Numbered from the stretch's first letter, positions 1 through 10,853 are shown. The stretch is DNA of 64,000 nt from Candidatus Multivoradales bacterium (GCA_965248055.1 CBDFIJ010000004.1:288001-352000); one strand, 5' to 3'. Numbers and translations are program-made. The notes: generated by a model not told the origin, from the letters alone.

Positions 1-811
1 GGGTGTAGGCAGATCCGACCGCGTTGACGGCAGAGATCCCCAGCACCAGAGCCCCGACAATCGCCCCGACAAAGGACTCAAATAAATCAGCGCCCATGCC
101 CGCGACGTCGCCCACGTTGTCGCCAACGTTGTCCGCGATCACCGCAGGGTTACGCGGATCGTCTTCGGGAATTCCGGCCTCGACCTTACCCACCAAGTCA
201 GCGCCGACATCGGCGGCCTTGGTGTAGATGCCACCGCCAACACGAGCGAACAGGGCAATCGAACTGGCTCCCAGAGAAAAACCAGCCAGCACAGTGATGG
301 TCTTGGCCGCATCAACCTGCGGGTTGCCGGTGTCAAAGAGATTGGAGTAAACCGTGTAGAGAACCGATAAACCGAGCACTCCCAGACCGACCACCGAGAA
401 ACCCATCACGGCACCGCCGGAGAAGGCGACATTGAGGGCCTTGTTGAGGCTGGTTCGTGCCGCTGCCGCGGTGCGCACGTTGGCGCTAGTGGCGATGCGC
501 ATTCCGAAGAATCCCGCTAAGGCTGAACACAATGCACCCACCAACAGCGAAACGCCGATCAGAGCCGAGCTTCCCTCTCTGCCCATATTGGCCCACGCCA
601 AGAGCGCAGCCGCGACCAGAACAAATATCGCCAGTACACGGTACTCGCGACTTAGGAACGCCATCGCTCCAGACCGAATGTGGCCGGCGATGGTTTCCAT
701 TTCCTTGCTGCCAGAATCTTGTTTCGCAACCCAACGGCTACGAAGCCAGGCGAAAACCAGGCTCAATATTCCGAGGGCCGCCATCCATTGAATCATTGCT
801 TGACTATCCAC
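1..811 (-). CDS. hppA: Membrane-bound H+/Na+-translocating pyrophosphatase, 5' part (runs off the window)
   Basis: Reverse strand reads [58 protein letters not shown] start at 811 follows a GGAGGT RBS. Missing from the ORF track because the stop is outside the window. Confidence 0.95.
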   Translation of the reverse strand, partial: MDSQAMIQWMAALGILSLVFAWLRSRWVAKQDSGSKEMETIAGHIRSGAMAFLSREYRVLAIFVLVAAALLAWANMGREGSSALIGVSLLVGALCSALAGFFGMRIATSANVRTAAAARTSLNKALNVAFSGGAVMGFSVVGLGVLGLSVLYTVYSNLFDTGNPQVDAAKTITVLAGFSLGASSIALFARVGGGIYTKAADVGADLVGKVEAGIPEDDPRNPAVIADNVGDNVGDVAGMGADLFESFVGAIVGALVLGISAVNAVGSAYT

Positions 812-854
812 AATCTACCTCCAGGGACTCGGTCGTCCTCATGTTTCCTTTGCT

Positions 855-1454
855 CTATTTCTCTTCGTCAGCGCCTGAAGCCCACTGCCAGCCATTGAAC
901 CGCTGCATGGTCTCTTCGACACCGTGTTTCTGCCACGATCCACAGGCATCGGCAGCAGCAGCGATCACCGCGTCTACCGTCTCCTGTTCGTCGGGCTCAA
1001 ACTCATTCAATACAAACTCGGCCAACTCGCCTTTGGGCATCCCCGTGGCAGGCTCGACGCCCACCCGTAGCCGGGCGATTTCGTCACTCTGCAGTCCGGC
1101 GACGATGGACTCCATCCCACGATGCCCTCCTGGGCTTCCTTTACCGCGCAACCGCATCCGTCCCAATGGCAATCGGACTTCGTCGTAGACGATCAATACT
1201 TGATCCTTGGTTAAGCCGTAGGTTTCCAACAGGCACCGCACCGCATAGCCACTGCGATTGACATAAGTTTGCGGGGCGATCAAAACCAAGTCTTCAGTTT
1301 GTGCCCACAGGCAGTTACACAGACCTTCTTGGAACTTCTTCCCGGCACGGAACGCCAGTTCGTAGACCACGTCAAACCCTAGATTGTGACGTGTTCCCTC
1401 GTAGCGTGGCCCGGGGTTCCCCAGGCCAACAACATAGTGCTCCGGTTGTGTCAC
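855..1454 (-). CDS. pth: Peptidyl-tRNA hydrolase
   Basis: VVGLGNPGPRYEGTRHNLGF and GGHRGM motifs; follows rplY. Confidence 0.97.
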   Translation of the reverse strand: MTQPEHYVVGLGNPGPRYEGTRHNLGFDVVYELAFRAGKKFQEGLCNCLWAQTEDLVLIAPQTYVNRSGYAVRCLLETYGLTKDQVLIVYDEVRLPLGRMRLRGKGSPGGHRGMESIVAGLQSDEIARLRVGVEPATGMPKGELAEFVLNEFEPDEQETVDAVIAAAADACGSWQKHGVEETMQRFNGWQWASGADEEK

Positions 1455-1474
1455 CGAATCGCCGACTGGACGCT

Positions 1475-2152
1475 CTAGGCGTCTTCCTGTTCTTCGTCCG
1501 CGTCGTCGCTGCCACCCTTGCCAATGACCTCTGGCTCAGCCATCTCCGACTCAAGCAGCAGGTCGTCCTCGTCCTCTTCGGGCTCAGCTTCGACACGAGG
1601 ATGGGAAACCGACGCCAAGACACGATCACTATCGCTAATCAGCTCTACACCCTTGGGCAGTTCTAAATCATGAACTTCGCCATGGTCCCCGATCGCCAGG
1701 CCGGTGATATCGAATTCCAAATGATCGGGGATATCGCCCGGCAAACACTCGATCGTCACTTCACGGGTGACGAAATCGAGGACCCCACCCTCGTCTATAA
1801 CTCCGGTCGCCTCACCAATCAACTCGATCGGCACCTCGACCCGGACCTTTTCGTCCATCAGGACTCGCTGGAAATCGACGTGAATCACTCGGCGTGACAC
1901 CGGGTCGGTCTCAACGTGCCGAATCATGGTGTGCCGGCTCTTATCGCTGTCGCCCAACTTGAGCAGAAACACACCGTGCTCACTACTCTTGCGAATCATT
2001 TCCAGGAACGACGATTTCTCGACCCGAATCGATACCGCATCCTTGCCGGCGCCATAGACCACAGCCGGTATCCAGCCGCCGGCCCGAAGACGTCGATTGG
2101 CATTTTTCCCCGTTTCCTCACGAGGCTCCACCGTCAACTGCATTTCACTCAT
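1475..2152 (-). CDS. rplY: 50S ribosomal protein L25 / general stress protein Ctc
   Basis: GKNANRRLR..G.IPAVVYG and HVDFQ motifs, acidic tail, prs-rplY-pth order. Confidence 0.97.
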   Translation of the reverse strand: MSEMQLTVEPREETGKNANRRLRAGGWIPAVVYGAGKDAVSIRVEKSSFLEMIRKSSEHGVFLLKLGDSDKSRHTMIRHVETDPVSRRVIHVDFQRVLMDEKVRVEVPIELIGEATGVIDEGGVLDFVTREVTIECLPGDIPDHLEFDITGLAIGDHGEVHDLELPKGVELISDSDRVLASVSHPRVEAEPEEDEDDLLLESEMAEPEVIGKGGSDDADEEQEDA

Positions 2153-2173
2153 AGACTTCTCCGTCGGTCAACG

Positions 2174-3118
2174 CTACACGAACAGCGAACTAACCGAACT
2201 GTTCTCGTGAATTCTCAGAATCGCTTCGCCAAGCAACTTGGCGACAGAAAGCGGCCTTATCTTGCCGCAGTTAGCAATCTTATCCTCTAACGGCGTGGTG
2301 TTGGTAACCAAGACATCTTGAATCGCCGAATCTTGAATCCGGCCCAATGCAGGACCCGAAAGCACCGCATGAATACAAGCGGCCCGTACCGACAAAGCAC
2401 CTTGATCGATCAACGCCTGAACAGTCTCAATCATGGTTCCTGCGGTATCGATAATATCGTCTAGAATCAACACGTTACGTCCGTCTACGTTACCGATCAC
2501 ATTCATCACCCGTGCTTGATTGACCGCCGTTCGGCGCTTGTCGACGATTGCCAACTCAGCATCCAAACGCTTGCCGATCGCCCGAGCTCGCTCCACCCCA
2601 CCAGCGTCCGGAGAGACGATGGTTAGGTCAGGAATCTGCATCTCTCGAATCGCATCCAACAACACCGGCGCAGCAAACAAATGGTCCACCGGCACATTGA
2701 AGAATCCTTGAATCTGCGGTGCGTGCAGGTCCATGGTCAAAATCCGGTCGGCACCGGCGGTAGAAATCAAGTCGGCAACCAACTTAGCAGTGATCGGAAC
2801 CCGAGGCTTGTCTTTCTTGTCTTGCCGCGCGTAGCCGTAGTACGGCAACACCGCGTTGACGCGGGTGGCGCTGGACCGCTTGAGCGTATCTAGCAGGATC
2901 AGCAGCTCCATCAAGTTTTCATTCGGCGGTGCGCACACCGGTTGAACGACAAAGACGTCGGCTCCCCGTACGTTTTCCTCCAACTGGCAAAAGATTTCGC
3001 CATCAGAAAACTTGAACGACTCCACCTTCCCCACTGGCAAGTGCAAGTAGTCGCAAATTTCCTTGACCAAGCCCGGGTGAGCCCGACCGCCAAAAATTTT
3101 GAGATCGCCCATATTCAT
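2174..3118 (-). CDS. prs: Ribose-phosphate pyrophosphokinase
   Basis: FSDGEI, PYYGYARQD, VSPDAGG and DDIIDTAGT motifs. Confidence 0.98.
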   Translation of the reverse strand: MNMGDLKIFGGRAHPGLVKEICDYLHLPVGKVESFKFSDGEIFCQLEENVRGADVFVVQPVCAPPNENLMELLILLDTLKRSSATRVNAVLPYYGYARQDKKDKPRVPITAKLVADLISTAGADRILTMDLHAPQIQGFFNVPVDHLFAAPVLLDAIREMQIPDLTIVSPDAGGVERARAIGKRLDAELAIVDKRRTAVNQARVMNVIGNVDGRNVLILDDIIDTAGTMIETVQALIDQGALSVRAACIHAVLSGPALGRIQDSAIQDVLVTNTTPLEDKIANCGKIRPLSVAKLLGEAILRIHENSSVSSLFV

Positions 3119-3271
3119 TCCCTGCGACCGTCTTTCAACCGCCGATCAGGTTTCCAATTGTATTTCGACTGCGCCTTCTGGAGCGGGGTGAACCGCTAGC
3201 GCGATCTTACGGCACCAGCCTCCGAGGCTCAACCAAGAAAAGAACCCCATCGGTTAGCTATCATCTGCAGC

Positions 3272-3970
3272 ATGCTCAAAGTGTCTCCCCAGATCTTCGA
3301 CCGATTCTCGGGCGTTCGCATCGGGTCTCTTGTAGTGCGAAATCTTGACAACAGTTCGACCACCTTCGACCTGTCTCAGGAGATCGCCGAAGCTTCGCAG
3401 GAGTTGCGCGAGACTATGTCTGGGTTTCCGGTGATTGAGCACCCAAACATCGCTTGCTGGAGAGCCGCCTACCGTGAGTTCGGCGCAAAACCCAAGAAAT
3501 ACCCATCTTCGATTGAGGCTCTTACCAGAAGGATCCTCAAAGGAGATCAGCTTCCGTCGATCAATCCACTGGTCGACATCTACAACTTGATCTCACTGCA
3601 ACACCTGCTGCCAGTTGGCGGCGAGGACATCGACCAGTTGGTCGGCGATCTGCAACTGAGGTTTGCCAGAGATCAGGAACCGATGGCCCAGATGCTGGGA
3701 CGTCCGACGCCCGAGGCTCCCCTCCTCGGTGAAGTGATCTATGCCGATAATCAGGAGGCGGTGTGCCGACGCTGGAACTGGCGCGAAGCCGCTCGGACCT
3801 GTCTATCTCCTGAAACACGCAATGCGGTATTGGTCATTGAGGCGCTGCCTCCGATCACCGACCAGCAACTCAGTGCTGCGATGGATGCACTCCAAAGCCG
3901 GGTGGTCGACCAATGTGTCGGTGAGTGCCAGTTAGAGATCCATCGAGCGTCCAGCGTTCTCAGCACTTAG
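3272..3970 (+). CDS. B3/B4 domain protein (PheRS-beta editing-like, putative trans-editing factor)
   Basis: WRAAYREFGAKPKKYPSSIEALTRR, INPLVDIYN, CRRWNWR. Confidence 0.88.
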   Translation: MLKVSPQIFDRFSGVRIGSLVVRNLDNSSTTFDLSQEIAEASQELRETMSGFPVIEHPNIACWRAAYREFGAKPKKYPSSIEALTRRILKGDQLPSINPLVDIYNLISLQHLLPVGGEDIDQLVGDLQLRFARDQEPMAQMLGRPTPEAPLLGEVIYADNQEAVCRRWNWREAARTCLSPETRNAVLVIEALPPITDQQLSAAMDALQSRVVDQCVGECQLEIHRASSVLST

Positions 3971-4049
3971 CCTCCGTCGGCCTCGATCACTGCGCCGCCT
4001 GCAACCGAGCAAGGCAAAACCTTTCTTCGCTAAGCCACGTTTAACAAGC

Positions 4050-6305
4050 GTGCCTGTTATTCAAAAAATCATCCAGTTCCTTTGTTTTGGACTTGTTTCT
4101 CTGGCGCTAGTCGGTGGCCTCTGGGCGCTGCCGGATGACCCGCCGTTTGTCATTCAGCGATCTACTGGCGAAATTGCCATCGATGGCGTGCTGGCTGACC
4201 AAGGTTGGCAAGGCGTCACGCCGATAACCACCTGGTGGGAAACTCGCCCGGGCGACAATATTGAGCCGCCAGTGGAAAACATTGGCTACTTGACCTACGA
4301 CGACCAGTTCCTCTACGCCGCATTCAGCTTCAAAGACGCCAACCCCAGTGACATCCGAGCACCGCTGGCCAACCGCGACAACGTTCCAAGCTACACCGAC
4401 TACGGGGGAATGTTGATCGACGTCAACGACGACGGCCACTCCGCGCAGATGTTCTTGGCCAACCCGCGGGGCATTCAGTACGACGCGATTTCCAACGACG
4501 CGTCTGGCGAAGATTCCGCCCCGGATTTCTTTTGGCAAAGCGCCGGCACAGTGAACGATGACGGCTGGGTGTTGGAAATGAAGATTCCGTTTTCTTCTCT
4601 GCGCTACACCAATGCCAACCCCGAACAATGGCGCATCCTGTTGTACCGCAACTATCCTCGGGGATTTCGCTACCAGTTCTTCTCTTCTCAATTACCTCGC
4701 GACTCCACCTGTTTCATCTGCAACTCCACCCCCTTGACCGGGCTCGCGGGATTGCCCTCGGGGAGCCACATGGTGATCGCCCCGTACGTAACCGGTCTTC
4801 AGAACTCCGAACCAGTCGGCGATATTGGCACCCCACTGCGCAGTGAAGATCGAGTCACCGAGATCGGGCTGGACGTCAAGTGGCTACCCAATCCGCAGAC
4901 AGCAATCGACCTCACCTTGAACCCGGATTTTTCCCAGATCGAGTCAGATGTCCCGTTGATCTCGGCCAATGAACGCTTCGCGCTGTTTTTTCCTGAAAAA
5001 CGGCCGTTCTTTCTTGAGGGCAACGATCTGTTCAGCACGCCAACCAACGCGATCTACACGCGCAGCTTCGCCTCCCCTCGCTGGGGCACTCGAGCGACCG
5101 GCGACTTCGGTCAAAACACCTACACCGTATTAGTCGGGGAGGACCGCGGCGGAGGCAGCGTTGTCATTCCCGGACCCGAAGGCTCCGATCTGGTCAATGA
5201 CGACCAAGAATCGCTGGTCACCATGACCCGATTACGACATAACTTTGGCGATTCGTTCGCCAGCTTTCTGTACACCGCTCGCGATCGGAACGACGGATCC
5301 TACAACCGTGTTTTTGGCCCGGACTTTCGCTGGCAAGTCACGGAGAATGACGTCGTAACTGGCCAATTCCTGTTCTCGCAGAGCGAAACACCCAACCTGC
5401 CTGAAGAGGCAGATGAATGGGACGGGCGCAAGTTATCGGGTCACGGTGCTGAGCTGATGTGGCAACGCCAAACTGGAGATTGGGATTTTTTCACTCTCTA
5501 CAACGAATTTTCCGACGACTTTAGGACTGACAACGGCTTCATGCCCCGGGTCGGCTATCGACTGGGCTACAACGAGATCGGACGCAGCTTCCACCCCGAA
5601 GACAAACCCATCTCACGTGCACGGGCGTCCCTTCAGAGCATCTACCGGGTGGATTCAGACGGCGAAATCCTAGAGCGCCGTCTGAGGCCTGCAATCGGCT
5701 TCGACGCAAAGTTGAACTCGTTTTTCCGCGTTGAGTTTCATTTGGCCGAAGAGCGCTCCGGCGGTCGACTATTTGACCGCAACCAAATCGTACCGACGGT
5801 GATCCTGCGCCCCGGTGGAATCCTTTCCGAGATTTTCGTCCGCGCTACCTTCGGAGAAGACATCGACTTTGCCAACGATCGTCCGGCAGACGTCACCGGT
5901 CTCAACATCTCGGTGGACCTACGGCCCAGTGATCATCTGGAATTGAACCTCATTGCCAATCAGCGCGTGTTAGACGTAACCACCGAAGACGGACGTTCCG
6001 GGCAGCTCTTTGACGCCCGGGTTTCTCGTCTCCGTGCGACCTACAACTTCAATGCGCACAGTTGGGTGAGACTGATCGGTCAGTGGCTTGAAACCAATCG
6101 AAATTCGAGCTTGTACAACGACCCCGAAGACGTCGATGCACTTTCAGAAAGCTTGGGTGGATCGGTGGTTTTCGCCTACAAACTCAATTGGCAGTCGGTG
6201 CTATTTGTCGGCTACGGATCGAGCCAAGAGTTGGACGCCTCGCGCAACTTGGAACCTGCCGGGCAGGAGGTGTTCGTGAAGTTGTCCTACGCTGTGCAGC
6301 GCTAG
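4050..6305 (+). CDS. Exported protein: CBM9-like domain plus DUF5916-type beta-barrel region
   Basis: Signal peptide; IAIDGVL..W; GWVLEMKIPFSSLRY; LTLNPDFSQIESD; FPEKRPFFLEG; C-terminal FVKLSY. Confidence 0.8.
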   Translation: MPVIQKIIQFLCFGLVSLALVGGLWALPDDPPFVIQRSTGEIAIDGVLADQGWQGVTPITTWWETRPGDNIEPPVENIGYLTYDDQFLYAAFSFKDANPSDIRAPLANRDNVPSYTDYGGMLIDVNDDGHSAQMFLANPRGIQYDAISNDASGEDSAPDFFWQSAGTVNDDGWVLEMKIPFSSLRYTNANPEQWRILLYRNYPRGFRYQFFSSQLPRDSTCFICNSTPLTGLAGLPSGSHMVIAPYVTGLQNSEPVGDIGTPLRSEDRVTEIGLDVKWLPNPQTAIDLTLNPDFSQIESDVPLISANERFALFFPEKRPFFLEGNDLFSTPTNAIYTRSFASPRWGTRATGDFGQNTYTVLVGEDRGGGSVVIPGPEGSDLVNDDQESLVTMTRLRHNFGDSFASFLYTARDRNDGSYNRVFGPDFRWQVTENDVVTGQFLFSQSETPNLPEEADEWDGRKLSGHGAELMWQRQTGDWDFFTLYNEFSDDFRTDNGFMPRVGYRLGYNEIGRSFHPEDKPISRARASLQSIYRVDSDGEILERRLRPAIGFDAKLNSFFRVEFHLAEERSGGRLFDRNQIVPTVILRPGGILSEIFVRATFGEDIDFANDRPADVTGLNISVDLRPSDHLELNLIANQRVLDVTTEDGRSGQLFDARVSRLRATYNFNAHSWVRLIGQWLETNRNSSLYNDPEDVDALSESLGGSVVFAYKLNWQSVLFVGYGSSQELDASRNLEPAGQEVFVKLSYAVQR

Positions 6306-6371
6306 CCTTTGGCGTATCCTCTGTCTGATGCCGCTGGCACCACACCCACTGCGGGCAGTTGGAGGATTACT

Positions 6372-6920
6372 GTGAGTTGGATTCCGATCATTCCCGAAAC
6401 CGAGGCTGACCAACCCCTGGCTGAGCTCTACGATCAAAGTCGCGACCCGGCCAGCGGACAACTCGACAATATTCTGGCGATCCATTCGCTTCACCCCGAC
6501 GGACTAGCCGCCCACCTGGGGCTCTACCGAGCGGTGATGGCTGGAACCGCCACCCTGCGCAAAGTCGAGCGCGAGTTGATTGCTATGGTGGTCAGTCAGC
6601 TCAATCAGTGCCACTACTGAATCACCCACCATCGCCGCGGTCTGCGGCGCCTGCTTAAGGATGGTGACCTGCTAGTTCAGATAGAGGATAACTGGCGCAA
6701 GGCGGGCTTGAGCGAGGGTCGCAATGCGATGCTGGAATTCGTCGTCAAACTCACCCAGACACCAGCCGCCATGACGCGCAACGACAGCGATTCGTTGCGC
6801 CAAGCGGGATTCACCGACATCGATATCTTGCATATCGTCGAGGTCAGCGCCTACTACGCCTATGTCAACCGCATTGCCGATGGATTGGGAGTACAACTGG
6901 AAGAGACCGGCGTCGCTTAA
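6372..6920 (+). CDS. AhpD/carboxymuconolactone-decarboxylase-like peroxidase with an in-frame TGA (probable selenocysteine, CxxU)
   Basis: ORFs 6309-6620 and 6708-6920 share one frame and are joined across TGA 6618-6620: ERELIAMVVSQLNQCHY*ITHHRRGLRRL...YYAYVNRIADGLGV. GTG start follows GGAGG. Confidence 0.88.
6633..6649 (+). promoter_or_regulatory. Putative bacterial SECIS hairpin
   Basis: CGCCGC-GGTCT-GCGGCG stem-loop starting 13 nt after the TGA; the G-first GGUC loop resembles the E. coli fdhF SECIS apex. Confidence 0.7.
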
Positions 6921-7071
6921 CCGACACCACATGCGGTGGCTGTTCTTACCAATCTGACGATCAGCCATACAGGTAGCTTGGTTGTTTCACGGAGGGGCCT
7001 TCCGCGTTATGATGGCACTGGTGCAGAAGTGGCCAGGGAGTGGGACAGATTGAGACCAATTGAATTCTGTA

Positions 7072-7725
7072 ATGCGTGATTTGCGCCCCAGTCTCCCCGT
7101 CTGGGCGGGTATCGCAGCAACAGTCGGCGTAGCCGTTGTCGGCGTCGGCGAATACCTACTCCACTACAACCCGCTGGGATACGCTGACAGTGCCAACTTT
7201 CAGTTTCTGCAGGGATTGCCCCGAAAAAGATTGATTGCGGGACACTTTCTGGCAGTGCTAGCGGCGCCGGCATATCTGCTTGGATACTGGGCATTGACCC
7301 AGGGGTTTGCACGAGTTTCCCAACGCAACAGAGCGCTCTTTACCGCGATTGCCTTCTACACCTTTGTGGTGGCAGCGATCTGGATCGGGTCGCGTGGATT
7401 CTTAGCGGTGGTAGTCCAAGCCAACGTCACCGGCGTGATCGCTGACTACAAACTGCTACTGGAGTCTTTGATCTGGATCGTGCGAGTGGGCGTCGCAGTG
7501 TACTCCGTGCTGCTCGTTGCCTTCATCGTCAAATCTCAGACGATCTACCCTCGTTGGTTCGCGTGGATCAACCCGATAGTGCTGTTGCTCGCCGTATTCT
7601 CAACCCTCGCGTGGCCTGCCCTAGGAAGTCACTTGGTGCCCTCGGCGATGAACGTCGCACACCTCCCGTTCTTCGCCGTTATGACCTTGCTATTGGCAAA
7701 CGCTGACCGAACCACCTCATCGTGA
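7072..7725 (+). CDS. Multi-pass membrane protein (DUF6796-like)
   Basis: About 6 hydrophobic segments; GHFLAVLAAPAY, YPRWFAWINP, MNVAH. Confidence 0.6.
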   Translation: MRDLRPSLPVWAGIAATVGVAVVGVGEYLLHYNPLGYADSANFQFLQGLPRKRLIAGHFLAVLAAPAYLLGYWALTQGFARVSQRNRALFTAIAFYTFVVAAIWIGSRGFLAVVVQANVTGVIADYKLLLESLIWIVRVGVAVYSVLLVAFIVKSQTIYPRWFAWINPIVLLLAVFSTLAWPALGSHLVPSAMNVAHLPFFAVMTLLLANADRTTSS

Positions 7726-9350
7726 AGCGTTTTCTCATTATCCTCTGCGGGATCGCAGTCACCATTGGAATCATCGCTGCCGTAGCCGGTGGGCTGATAA
7801 CCGGATTCTTCTTTCAAGACACCAAGGCGCCACTCAAAGCGCCGAACGCAGAAGTAACGGTTCCTCGCTTTCACCAGGTCGATTTGCCGTTCGAGCACCG
7901 TCATGACAGTGATCAATCGTTACCTTTCGCCGCTGGCGCCTGGATCGATGTTGATCAATCAGGCACTCCCGAACTGTTTTTGGGCGGCGGACGGGGACAA
8001 GCCGACGGTCTGTTCAGTTATGCCAATGGCAGTTTTCGGCCCCATCCTCTAAGCGCAACCCTAACCAAGGACACGACCGATGCCACCTACTCGGCAGTTT
8101 CGATCGACGCTGACCATGACGGGGACATCGATCTATTTGTCACCCGTGACAGTGGCTTGGTGCTGCACGAGAATCTTGGCGACTCGTTTACCTCCACTCC
8201 TATCCAAATCCCGCTGAACACAAAAACACTCGCATTGTCGCTGGCGCCCACGGACCTGAATCAAGACGGATGGGTGGACTTCTTTGTTGCCGGCTACATA
8301 CGCCCGGAAGAGGTCGCCGGACTCACCATCTTCACCGACCCAGACTATGGAGGCAGCAGCCTGCTGCTACTCAACCGCGCCAATAACACCTTCGACGACG
8401 TCACGGCGAGTGCTGGTCTCGACTACGTCCACAACACCTTCCAAGCGGTGTGGCTAGACCTGGACGATGATTTCGATCAAGACCTGGTCGTCGCCTATGA
8501 CACTGGCCAAGTTCGCACTTGGCGCAATCGAGGAGACCTCACTTTCGAGAATGTGCCCAATCCCTCCAGCGATGTTTTTGCTTATCCGATGGGAATTGCC
8601 GTCGGCGACTGGGACAACGACTTGCGTGTCGACCTGTTTTTCACCAATACCGGGAGTTCGATTCCCCTCCTGGTCGCTCGCGGTGACTTGAAGGATGATC
8701 AGACACTCAACGAACAATGGATGTTATGGCGCAACGTGGGAAACTTCGTGTTTGAAGATTTGACGGTTGATGCTGGGCTGAAAAATTACGAATTCGCCTG
8801 GGGTGCGGTCTTGGAGGACTTCAATCTGGATGGGCTCCTCGATCTGGTGGTATCGGAGAACTTCGTCGACTTTCCACCGCACAAGGTCTTTCCCCTTCCC
8901 GGTCGCTTCATGCTGCAGAACTCCGATCACGTCTTTGCCCCGGCGGGCAAAGACGCTGAGGTCGACAACCCTTATTTCGGCATTACACCGTTGGCAGCAG
9001 ACGTAAACGGCGATGGTCTTCTGGATCTAGTCCACGTCAACATTGATGGACCCTCTCGTGCTTTTATCCAGCAATTGACGCCCGGTCTCGGTGCCTACCT
9101 CCAGATCGATCTGCCGGACACCGTCGCTTCGTTGGGTGCCAAGGTGTCGGTAGTAACAGAAAAGGGTGCCCAAGTCCGTTATCTGGTCGCCAGCGAAGGG
9201 CTCTGCAGTGACCAGTCTTCGACGCTATTTTTCGGTTTGGGTGCGGCCAGAGAGATTCTCTCTGTCACCGTAGGTTATGCGGACGGACACAGGTTGGAAT
9301 TGGGTCCGAGCGCGGTCAATCTCACTCTTTCCGTTCCGTCTAGAACCTAA
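7722..9350 (+). CDS. CRTAC1/ASPIC-UnbV family FG-GAP repeat protein
   Basis: Repeated D-x-[DN]-x-D-G-x-x-D-[LF] motifs; C-terminal ASPIC-like FFGLG. Confidence 0.88.
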   Translation: MKRFLIILCGIAVTIGIIAAVAGGLITGFFFQDTKAPLKAPNAEVTVPRFHQVDLPFEHRHDSDQSLPFAAGAWIDVDQSGTPELFLGGGRGQADGLFSYANGSFRPHPLSATLTKDTTDATYSAVSIDADHDGDIDLFVTRDSGLVLHENLGDSFTSTPIQIPLNTKTLALSLAPTDLNQDGWVDFFVAGYIRPEEVAGLTIFTDPDYGGSSLLLLNRANNTFDDVTASAGLDYVHNTFQAVWLDLDDDFDQDLVVAYDTGQVRTWRNRGDLTFENVPNPSSDVFAYPMGIAVGDWDNDLRVDLFFTNTGSSIPLLVARGDLKDDQTLNEQWMLWRNVGNFVFEDLTVDAGLKNYEFAWGAVLEDFNLDGLLDLVVSENFVDFPPHKVFPLPGRFMLQNSDHVFAPAGKDAEVDNPYFGITPLAADVNGDGLLDLVHVNIDGPSRAFIQQLTPGLGAYLQIDLPDTVASLGAKVSVVTEKGAQVRYLVASEGLCSDQSSTLFFGLGAAREILSVTVGYADGHRLELGPSAVNLTLSVPSRT

Positions 9351-9360
9351 AGTCACTGCC

Positions 9361-9981
9361 GTGACCGACTCCAACCTGCTTGCCTTTGTCGTCTTGGTCG
9401 CTTTCTTGATCATCACCCCTGGTGCAGACACCATGGTGCTGTTGCGCAATGCACTTCGTGGAGGTCGTCGGGCAGCGATCCTTTCGGTACTGGGAGGTCG
9501 CTGTGGCCTATTAGTCCATGCTGCTCTATCCATGCTCGGGCTATCTGCGGTTCTGGCTCAGTCAGCCAACGCATTCCAACTGGTGAAATTGGCCGGTGCT
9601 GGGTACCTCGTTTGGCTCGGAATCCAATCCATTCGAGCTGCGGTTCATGGCCAGGCGAGCACTCCGGCAAAAGACCTTCGACCAGCGCTTGCCCATAGCC
9701 CTTGGTCAGAAGGTTTGCTCACCAATGTACTCAACCCCAAAACTGCTTTGTTCTATCTCGCGATCTTGCCCCAGTTCGTCCGGCCGGAAGACACGTTGGT
9801 CAGCCGTTCGATTCTCTTGGTTACGATTCACATTGGCCTTAGCCTGCTCTGGTATCTGGGGCTCGTTGTCGCCGTCGACTCCACGCAAACCTTGGTCACT
9901 CGAAACCGTAAGGTTTTGGACGCGACCAGCGGTTTGTTTATGGTTGTCCTAGGCCTCAAATTGGCCTTCAGCGAGCGCTAG
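9361..9981 (+). CDS. LysE/RhtB family exporter
   Basis: ITPGADT, KLAGAGYLVWLG, TNVLNPKTALFY. Confidence 0.93.
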   Translation: MTDSNLLAFVVLVAFLIITPGADTMVLLRNALRGGRRAAILSVLGGRCGLLVHAALSMLGLSAVLAQSANAFQLVKLAGAGYLVWLGIQSIRAAVHGQASTPAKDLRPALAHSPWSEGLLTNVLNPKTALFYLAILPQFVRPEDTLVSRSILLVTIHIGLSLLWYLGLVVAVDSTQTLVTRNRKVLDATSGLFMVVLGLKLAFSER

Positions 9982-10079
9982 CCGCCGATATTGGTTCTCC
10001 GCTCGCCCGCTCTTGCGCTAGCTGCAGAGCCGATCTCCGAACCCCAGCCAAACGCAATCCGTAACAAAGCTAGAATCGC

Positions 10080-10853
10080 TTGAATTTGACCAGCAGCCTT
10101 GCCATGATTTCACCCACAGCTATCCCGCGTCTTAGTCTCCGACCTCGGACCTTGGCCTCCTGCATTCTTTTTTCTTGTATGTTGGCGGTCGGCCCTATTT
10201 CCTCGCAAGGACAATCTGAGCCTCCTCCCCCACCCAGCGGCGAAGAGTTCCAGTTTGGCGACCTTCCCTACCTGGTAACCCAACCCTTGGATCGAAACGG
10301 TGAGGACGCAATGCCAGTGATCCTGTTTCTCCACGGTGGAGATCGATCCAATATCCGGCATCACCCCCTACGCCACGCTACCTGGGCTGGGATCGAAGAG
10401 TTTCCTTTCCTGGTGGTCGCTCCGCATTGCTCTGGCTCTTGCAGTTGGAGCCGAGTCGATATCGATGGGCTACTAGCCGAGGTCGCGGCGAATTTTTCGA
10501 TCGACCAACAACGTATCTACCTGACCGGCTACAGCATGGGAGGCTACGGCTCTTGGCATGTCGTCACTAATTTTCCCCATTGGTTTGCCGCGGCAGCGCC
10601 GATTGCTGGCGGGGGAGACCCATCTACTATCTGTGCCGCCAAAGACATCCCGATTCGGGCCTACCATGGCGACCAAGACCCGGTGATTACCCATAGTCAG
10701 TCGGTGCGCATGATCGAAGCGTTGCAAGCCTGCTCTGGGGACGCTGAATTGGTAACCTACAAGGGCGGCGATCATGGCGTTTGGCTGCGCACCTTCAAGG
10801 ATCCAGAGTTCTATCGTTGGTTGCTTTCCCATCGCCGCGCATCAGCTCCTTAA
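10080..10853 (+). CDS. Exported alpha/beta hydrolase (predicted peptidase/esterase); start uncertain
   Basis: PVILFLHGG, RIYLTGYSMGG (GxSxG), YHGDQD, H in GGDHG. Confidence 0.88.
   Translation: MNLTSSLAMISPTAIPRLSLRPRTLASCILFSCMLAVGPISSQGQSEPPPPPSGEEFQFGDLPYLVTQPLDRNGEDAMPVILFLHGGDRSNIRHHPLRHATWAGIEEFPFLVVAPHCSGSCSWSRVDIDGLLAEVAANFSIDQQRIYLTGYSMGGYGSWHVVTNFPHWFAAAAPIAGGGDPSTICAAKDIPIRAYHGDQDPVITHSQSVRMIEALQACSGDAELVTYKGGDHGVWLRTFKDPEFYRWLLSHRRASAP

Noticed and set aside
24-1188. Plus-strand ORFs over hppA/pth, and similar antisense ORFs throughout the window
   Set aside because: Shadow frames of well-supported genes in GC-rich DNA
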